This document shows positions 55,989 through 64,000 of a stretch of 64,000 nt of DNA, piece by piece. The stretch's first letter is position 1, and each line of letters opens with the position of its first letter. This stretch comes from Octopus vulgaris. Taxonomy: Eukaryota. The DNA lies in contig OX597821.1 of NCBI GenBank assembly GCA_951406725.2, forward strand, positions 68,262,001 to 68,326,000, in the 5' to 3' direction. The notes below the pieces were generated by a model, which worked only from the letters and a program-made list of their open reading frames with translations, did not search any database and was not told where the DNA came from. The position numbers were made by a program, and so were the translations under genes.

Positions 55989-57478
55989 CAGATGATTATT
56001 CGACGGAATCAAATTATAAGAACTATGTAGTTTTTGCGTGCGTAATCAACAAAAGTCATGGGAAATAACCCCAACCAGTAATCGAAAACACGTCATTGGG
56101 AACTTCTATTAAAAAAAGGTATTTATGAAAGGGGAAAGCGTGGCAACATCAAACTGTAAGCCCTATACAAATTCTCTTAGGAAGTCTATTGCATTTAAAA
56201 TCGTTATCGGTTATCTTATACTTGTTTCAGTCATTAGACTACGGCCATGCTTGAGCACCACTTTATAGGATCTAGTCGAGCAAATCGCCCTCAACACTTT
56301 AACATATTTAAGCATGATACTTATTCTATCGATATCTTCGACCGAACCACTAAGTTACAAAGTCGTAACCAAATCAATACAGGTCGTCAAGTGTTGGCGG
56401 GAGACGAACACAAGCACAAATGCATACACACACACGCGCGCACACACAGATGTGTGTGCATGTGTTTGTGTGTGTATGTGTGTATGTGCGTGCATGAGTG
56501 TGTGTGTGTGTGTGTACAACAAGGCATAAACACTGGTTATTACATATTTCTTTATTGTACTAAATTTGACTTATTGCTGTTTCCAGTAGTCAGTACAGAT
56601 ACGCACGCGAGCATGTATGTGTGTGTGTGTGACTTCTACAGAGTTTCATTATACTAAATTTGCTCATCAGGCATTGGTTGGTTGGTTGGTTGGTTTGGAG
56701 CTACAGCAGAAGACATTTCTTCAAGGTGCAACGCAGTGGAACTGAACCTGAAACCACATGATTGCAAAGCGAGCTTCTTAATCACACAGACATGTCTTCA
56801 CCTATTATATATTTAAATGTGCAAGGCAGGAAAAATAAAACAAATACTCATAACAAAAAAAAACATAAGCAAACAAAGACATATCTAGAAATACGCCTAC
56901 AAGAAGTGAAATGGAATCTACAAGAAAGAATAAATATATAGAAATAAAAATAAAAACCAATTATATAAAATTGCCAACAATTTCAAGAAATTCCATTCAA
57001 GTGAAGAATGACGTAGGCACGAACTTGTAACGCTATTCTTTGGAGAAAAAGCCTTTTTATCAGAGACGGTAGGTAATTTATTCAGGGGAGGTAATCTAGT
57101 TAAGCGAACACAAAGCAGCAAAGCAGAGCGAACTAGGTAGCTATATAGACGTTAATTGCTTGTCAAATATTGAATTAATGGACGCCTCCTACCTGGCGGC
57201 CAAAATTACAAACCCAACGACTCTCTAGATAAAATTTCATTATTCCGAATACTTAATTAGATTGTAGAAACTGCACCTAGCAAGACGTCTGGACTGCTTT
57301 TGTCTTAATTCATCACATCATATACGATGACCGACATACACGTACATACATACATACATACATACATACATACATACATACATACATACATACATACATA
57401 CATGCAAGCATGCATGCATGAATACGTACACACATGATTATATATATATATATACATTTACCTGTGCACACGCACGTT

Positions 57479-57513
<35 letters not shown>

Positions 57514-58394
57514 CTCTCTCTCTCTCTTTCTTTTTCTCTCTCTCTCTCTTTCTCTCTCTTTTACTCTCTCTCTTTCCATCTTTTTCTCTCTTTCTCTCTC
57601 TCTTTCTCTCTTTCACTCTCGCTCTCGTTGAGTGAGTTTCAGTATGTATATATATGCGTGTATGTGTTTATAAACACAAGCACGCACGCGCGCACATGCA
57701 CAGGCGTCTGTTGGTGTGTGCATGTATATATACATATATATATATTTATGTATGTATGCATAAGTATACGTTTAGTAACAAGCGTATATATTATGGACGT
57801 GAATAAGATATAGATATATTTGTTAAACGTGTGTTTCACATGCGTCTAAATGAATATATATATATATATATACACACATATTTTATGTTTTAGATTTATC
57901 AGTCATTAGACGGATGTAATTAAAAGATAAAAGATAACTATACGCCCATGCTGGGGCACTTGCTTGAGGAAAGTTTAGTTGACCAAATCGACCCAGGACT
58001 TATTTTTTAAAAGCCTGGTACTTATTCTATCGGTGTCTTTCCGAACTGCTAAGTCAGACTTAAACACACCAACACTAGTGATGAGAGACAAACAGACAAA
58101 GACTCACACATACACACACACGTACAAACACACACACACGCACACACACATGTATATACGACACACCGAACCCACTGTTTCCGACTACCGAACCCACTCG
58201 CAAGGCTTTAGTCGGCCCGAGGCTATGGTAGAAGACACTTGCCTAAGGTTCCACGCAGTGGGACTGAAACTGGAACCATGCCACTGGGAAGCTACTTCTT
58301 ACTAAGCATCAACGCATGCGCATATATATATTTGCTAATGTATGTTTACTAATGTGTGCATGTGTGTGAATACGTGTGTGCATGAATGTATGCC

Positions 58395-58537
58395 GAAATT
58401 TATTTCCTCATATTCCTTTCTGTTGAAGAGCGTCGGCTCGAAATATAAAAGACTTTCTCACCTTCTCGGGCGTCAAACTAATACACCTTCTTGTTGTTTA
58501 TACACCTGTCTTCGTCTTTTGTTTTTCTGTAAATTTC

Positions 58538-58540
<3 letters not shown>
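58395..58540 (+). mobile_element. Short (TA)n-ended element with a degenerate minimal HHR (58416-58451)
   Basis: CTTT-CTGTTGA-a-GAGC gtcg GCTC-GAAA-ta-TA-AAAG. Confidence 0.55.
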
Positions 58541-58623
<83 letters not shown>

Positions 58624-58652
58624 ATATGTATGTTTGTTTGTGTGTATATGTG

Positions 58653-58700
<48 letters not shown>

Positions 58701-59307
58701 TGTCAATACTTGTATATTTTCTAGCGGCTAAACTTCTAGAACGGTCTACATATTTTCACTTTGTCATTTATTTGCGTATGTATGCATTTAAAGATATATA
58801 TGAATATATATTTTCGAGTGTACGCATGTGTGTATATGTTTAGATATGTGTTTATTCATGTATGTGTGTATCCATACAGATGCTAACCAAAGTGTCTGTT
58901 TATTAATTCCCCAAACGCTATCTAGAAAAGCTTATCTTTTAATGTCTGAGACTGATCATGAAACCCTCATTTAAAGCTATTTTTCGCTATAATCACCAAA
59001 TTATAATCTCGCTCTTTTTCTCTTTCGCTCTCTCTCTTTCTCTCTCTCTCTCCCTCTCTCCATTCATATACAAGTATTTACGAATCTATGCATTCTGTGT
59101 GTGTGTATATGTATGTATATTTATGTATGTGCGTATGTTTGTATGTATATAGCTATTTGTTCGTATTTTGGAGAAAGATGGAATTAAAACTTTTGGAGAT
59201 CAACGTTTAGTTTAAACGCAGACATACTTGAAGCAATAAAAGCTAAGCCTAGCCATATATAGATTCATGTATACACATATATGTGCGTGTGTGTACGTGG
59301 GTATGTT

Positions 59308-59365
<58 letters not shown>

Positions 59366-59417
59366 TGTCAGTCTGTTTGCTTGTCTATCTGTATGTATGT
59401 CTGTATGAATGTATGTA

Positions 59418-59629
59418 CAAGGTGTTCATAAATTATCTTTATAACTTCCACAATTTATTGTATCGTTTCGTCTAGATGTGTAGCGTGGCACCAACGGGAG
59501 CCACGTGGAAGTGTTCTGATATTTCTGATAAAATTTTATTTGTTTACCAATAAACTCTTCTGAGTTATCCTTATTTTTCATCTTCTCTTGACTCAATTTT
59601 TTTCAAATTGCAAAAGTAATTTATGGATA

Positions 59630-59634
<5 letters not shown>
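59418..59634 (+). mobile_element. Tc1/mariner-type MITE
   Basis: TA-CAAGGTGTTCATAAATTA ... TAATTTATGGATACTCTA-TA. Residual RLDV*RGTNGSHVEVF* resembles a transposase C-terminus. Confidence 0.7.
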
Positions 59635-59670
<36 letters not shown>

Positions 59671-59671
<1 letters not shown>

Positions 59672-60185
59672 TAGCAGTATCGCCCGGCGTTGCTAGGGTT
59701 TGTAAGGGAAATAACTATATAAGCATTTTTAGAGAGTTACTTCCCTTATAGATGCCAATTCGGGCTTTCTTAGCCATTTCTGTTTTGGTGTCTTCAAGCC
59801 ATGAAGTCGTTGTTCTAAAAGAACGCTGGTCTCCTTGACAACGCTTTACGACGTTGATTTCCTTACACTCCCTTCCCCACAGCTTCACGAGGGAGGGAAG
59901 AAGGGGGAGAAGCAAACAGGTGCAGGTGTGACCATGGACGCCAACTCCGCCGCCATCGACACACGAAAAATTATGCATTAAAATGGAATAAAAAATGATG
60001 TTAAATTATTTTTAAAATCGTAGACTCATCGTAGATGCGCGCTAATACTCAGACGGGCTCGATATGAATCACGACTATAAGATACTCGAATTTGGTTAAA
60101 CTGCACCGCAAAATGTGGGAGTAGTTAGGAATCTAAATCGAAGGGGACAGACACTCACACAACTACAGTTTTATATATATATAGA
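59671..60185 (-). mobile_element. Non-autonomous Helitron
   Basis: Minus strand begins A|TCTATATATATATAAAACTG and ends CCCTAGCAACGCCGGGCGATACTGCTAG|T: 5' TC, subterminal hairpin, 3' CTAG, AT target and no TSD. Confidence 0.88.
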
Positions 60186-60190
60186 TATAC

Positions 60191-60370
60191 AGGCGCAGCA
60201 GTGGATATGCGGTAAGTAGCTTGCTTACCAACCACATGGTTCCGGGTCCAGTCCCACTGCGTGGCACCTTGGGCAAGTGTCTTCTGCTATAGCTTTGGGC
60301 TGACCAAAGCCCTGTGAGTGGATTTGCTAGACGGAAACTGAAAGAAGTCCGTCATATATATGTGTGTATG

Positions 60371-60435
<65 letters not shown>

Positions 60436-60611
60436 TTGTGTGTCTGTGTTTGTCCCCCAACATCACTTGACAACCGATGCTTGTATGTTTACGTCCCCGT
60501 AACTTAGCGGTTCGGCAAAAGAACCGATAGAATAAGTACTAGTCTTCCAAAGAATAAGTCCTGGGGTCGATTTGCTCGACTAAAGGCGATGCTCCAGGTA
60601 AAAGAGAGAGT

Positions 60612-60616
<5 letters not shown>
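60191..60616 (+). mobile_element. SINE family A
   Basis: Homology; short deletion before the tail. Confidence 0.9.
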
Positions 60617-60679
<63 letters not shown>

Positions 60680-60682
<3 letters not shown>

Positions 60683-61060
60683 AGACGCAATGACCCAATG
60701 CTTAGGGCAGCGGACTCCCGGCCGTGGGATCGCGGTTTCGATTCCCACACTGGGCGTTGTGAATGTTTATTGAGCGAAAACACCTAAAAGCTTCACGAGG
60801 CTCTGGCAGTGGGTGGTGGTGAACCTTACTGTACTCTTTCACCACAACTTTCTCTCACTCTTTCCTCCTGTTTCTGTCGTACCTGTATTTCAAAGGGCCA
60901 GCCTTGTCACAGTCTGTGTCACACTGAATCTCCCCGAGAACTACATTAAGGGTACACGTGTCTGTGGAGTGCTCAGCCACTTGCACGTTAATTTCACGAG
61001 CAGGCTGTTCCGTTGATCGGATCGACCGGAATCCTTGTCGACGGAACCGACAGAGTGCCA
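60680..61060 (+). mobile_element. SINE family C
   Basis: tRNA-like head and a body homologous to 38297-38680. Confidence 0.9.
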
Positions 61061-61113
61061 CGATATATATATATATACGTATGTATATGTATGTATATAT
61101 GTATATATGTATG

Positions 61114-61147
<34 letters not shown>

Positions 61148-61175
61148 TGTATGTATGTATGTATGAATATGCTGA

Positions 61176-61500
61176 GACCCCCTTCCGTCATGACTGACCA
61201 TGGGATTGCACCTAGAAATTTACCCTCCGAGGCACAAATCCGGGCAAGGTTGTTTATGGAAGACCAGCAGTCGCCCTTGCATACCGACCTCCCCCACTCC
61301 ACGCCACCAGTGTTATCCAAGGGAATGGCAAAGGCTGATACAGCTTGGCACCTGTGACGTTGCAACTCATTTCTACAGCTGAGTGAACTGGAGCAACATG
61401 AAATAAAGTGTCTTGCTCAAGAACACAACACGAAGCCCGGTCCGGGAATCGAACTCCCACCCTCGCGATCGTAAGTTCGACGCTCTAACCACTGAGCCAT
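61176..61500 (-). mobile_element. SINE family D
   Basis: Minus strand TGGCTCAGTGGTTAGAGCG...GAGTTCGATTCCC plus a CORE-like block. Confidence 0.9.
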
Positions 61501-61799
61501 ATAGGTATGTGTGTGTATGCATATGTGTATATATGTATATATATATATGTATATGTGTGTGTATATATTATACATATATATAAATGATACATATATACAC
61601 ACATATGCATATATTATACATATATGTGTGAGTGTATGTATATATTATACATGTATATGTTATATATATATATATGTATATATATTATACATATGTATGT
61701 ATGTATGTATGTATGTACAAAAAAATCTTTTAAATCAGTCCAAACATTTGTGATATTTTCGATTTGTAAAATTCCATTTTTTTCTGCAATTTGTCATGG

Positions 61800-62280
61800 A
61801 GAAAATGCTCACTTTACGCAGTAGGTATCAAAACACCATTAGCGATCTTGAGGCGCTCTCTGGTAGAGTAATAAATGGATTTCTACTTCATTGGCTATCA
61901 TCAGTAAAAAGGTCAACCCTGAAATAACTTTGGAAGCTATAACCTCGTTTATAGAAAACCAGCTGAAACTATTAGCCGATGCCTGCGATCAACCATTAGA
62001 CTAGGATATATTATATCTTATGTGCACTAAACAAACTCTTAAATCAACTTAAATATGCTTGCAGCATATTTGATCTATAAAAAACCATTTTTCACTAGAG
62101 CTTGTCATGAAGAAATTTCACGATTTCCTGATTTTCTATAATCGTAATCATAGCTTCTACAGTCATTTCAGGGCTCTCCAGTTTGCGTAGTACCTAGTAT
62201 TGATGATAGCCATATTGCTAAAAATGCATTTATCTGAGTATCCAAGGTGTTTTAACTGCTATTGCCTGGAGCGATTGATT
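61800..62280. repeat. Old diverged inverted repeat with an HHR-like motif in each arm
   Basis: Minus strand of about 61870-61970 (TTTTCTATAAACGAGGTTATAGCTTC...TTTCAGGG...TACTGATGATAGCCA...GAAATCCATTTAT) aligns with plus strand 62125-62233 (TTTTCTATAATCGTAATCATAGCTTC...TTTCAGGG...TATTGATGATAGCCA...AAAATGCATTTAT). Confidence 0.65.
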
Positions 62281-62377
62281 TGAAACTTAGATTTTTTGCT
62301 TAAAATCTATGTTTAAACTGTGTGTTTTTCTTTTTTGGTATAAGACTTACAATATAGTTTTGGTATCTTTCTAAGTG

Positions 62378-62418
<41 letters not shown>

Positions 62419-63109
62419 CATACATACAAATACATATACATATAATACTCAACATGAACATACATATATATTGTGTATGTGTGTGTGTGTGCGCATGTGT
62501 CTTCGTACCAGAGTTTGTCCCCCACAACTGTTTGACAACTGATGTTGGTTTGTTTTCGGACTCGTAACCTATCGGTTCAGCAAAAAGAGAACGACAGAAT
62601 AAGTAGCAGGCTTTAAAATAAGCAACCTGTCGATCCGTTCGACTAAAATTCTTCAACGTGGTGTCGTGGTGCACCAGCATGGCCGCATGAAGACAACACT
62701 ATGCAAGTTATAAGAAATACTTTTACCTTCTATTTCAGTGGAGCTAGGACCCTTTCGGCCCTGAAATACTTTTAAAAAAAGGGTAAAAGTACGAACCATC
62801 GACTTGTTTTACTTTTCATAACTAAGCCGACCACCTAGCAGAATTGACATCGCGTCGAACAAAATGTTTAGCGGTATTTCTTCCGGCTCTTAACGTTCTG
62901 AGTTCAAATTCTCCCGAGGTCGATCTTGGCTTTCATCGTTTTGGAGTCGATAAAATAAGTACCAGTTGGACACTGGAACTGATGTAATGGACGTGCCCCT
63001 CCTTTAAAATCGCAGACCTTGTGCTAAATTTTAAAGCCATTATTTCTTACTACTTGAATGTTTCAGCTTAATAAAAAAGATTAAAAACACTTATACATAT
63101 CAGACGTAA

Positions 63110-63400
63110 AGGCACGTGGCTTAGTGGTTAGAGCAGCGGACTCGCGGTCGAGGGATCGCGGGTTCGAATCTCAGACCGGGCGATGTGTGTGTTTATAGGC
63201 GAAACACGTAAGCACCACGTGACTCCGGAAGAACTACTGCTGACTCTTTCGCTACAAGTTACTCTCAATCCTTTCTCCTGCATCGAGTAAATCACCCGCG
63301 ACGGACCGACATTCCATCCAGGTGGGGAACCTATGACGCCAATGAAACCGGGAAACCGGCCCATATGAGCCAGGTATGGCTAGAGAAGGAACAAACAACA
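63110..63400 (+). mobile_element. SINE with a family C head and a different 3' module
   Basis: TGGCTTAGTGGTTAGAGCAGCGGACTCGCGG...GGTTCGAATCTC, then GACGGACCGACATTCCATCCAGG...GAAACCGGCCCATATGAG and a (CAA)-rich tail. Confidence 0.8.
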
Positions 63401-63427
63401 GCAATACATACCAGACAACAACAACAA

Positions 63428-63466
<39 letters not shown>

Positions 63467-64000
63467 TTAAACATTAACACGAACGACTCAGTCCGAGAAA
63501 ATTATGAAAGACAATTCAGTTAGTAAATAAATATAATTACAGCATTCTTATATTAAATTTCATATTAACAATGTTTTGTGCACTTTGAAACGATTTTGTA
63601 ACAAGATAAAAGCCGAGTCAAAAAATACATTTTTTTTATGTTTATAATTTTAGTAAATAGCTTTCAATTCTCTTGAGGTCAACCAGGAAAAGTAATTTGA
63701 AAAAAATATTAGGATTAGATTTTTGTTTTTAAATTATCGTACAAAATACAATCTAACGCAATTAAAATATTGTAAATATTTTTCCTGTATTAATTTACTG
63801 CTGAAAATCTAATACAACTGTCAACTCAAAGTGACATTACCTTAAGTTTTCAGTAGAAATGTTGTTTTATTCCAATACTGGCTGTTTGGAATCAAGTCTG
63901 AAATTCTTAGTGTAATCAAATACTCCAAGTTTAGCATATTTGATCTCACTAGTTTTTTTTTTCTTTCTTATTTAAACACGTTTAGAGGCACAAAGCTGGC

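Noticed and set aside
57181-57203. CTCF-like site (minus strand TGGCCGCCAGGTAGGAGGCG)
   Set aside because: It mismatches the strongly conserved 3' GGC part of the motif and cannot be supported without ChIP data.

Overview
AT-rich eukaryotic intergenic or intronic DNA with no supportable intact protein-coding gene. Almost all supplied ORFs are microsatellite translations, and the few remaining ones are repeat or transposon fragments or unsupported. The SINE repertoire and extreme microsatellite density match my recollection of Octopus (coleoid cephalopod) genomes; this was not database-checked. Contents: at least four tRNA-headed SINE families with nested, multimeric and module-swapped copies; three Tc1/mariner derivatives; a MITE with an 8-bp TSD; a non-autonomous Helitron; and 3' ends of restriction-like-endonuclease (R4/Dong-like) LINEs lying inside (TACA)n tracts. 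The most notable signal is about ten loci carrying type I hammerhead-ribozyme (HHR) motifs of the minimal Penelope-like-element (PLE)/retrozyme kind, mostly next to (TA)n and arranged as partial tandem repeats or inverted repeats. Highlights are a 535-bp unit with identical 158-bp terminal redundancy, two HHRs with a putative ~100-nt intron starting in stem II, a U3-A8 covariant HHR, and a TSD-flanked tRNA-SINE/HHR chimera. Coordinates were counted by eye, and degenerate ends are approximate.
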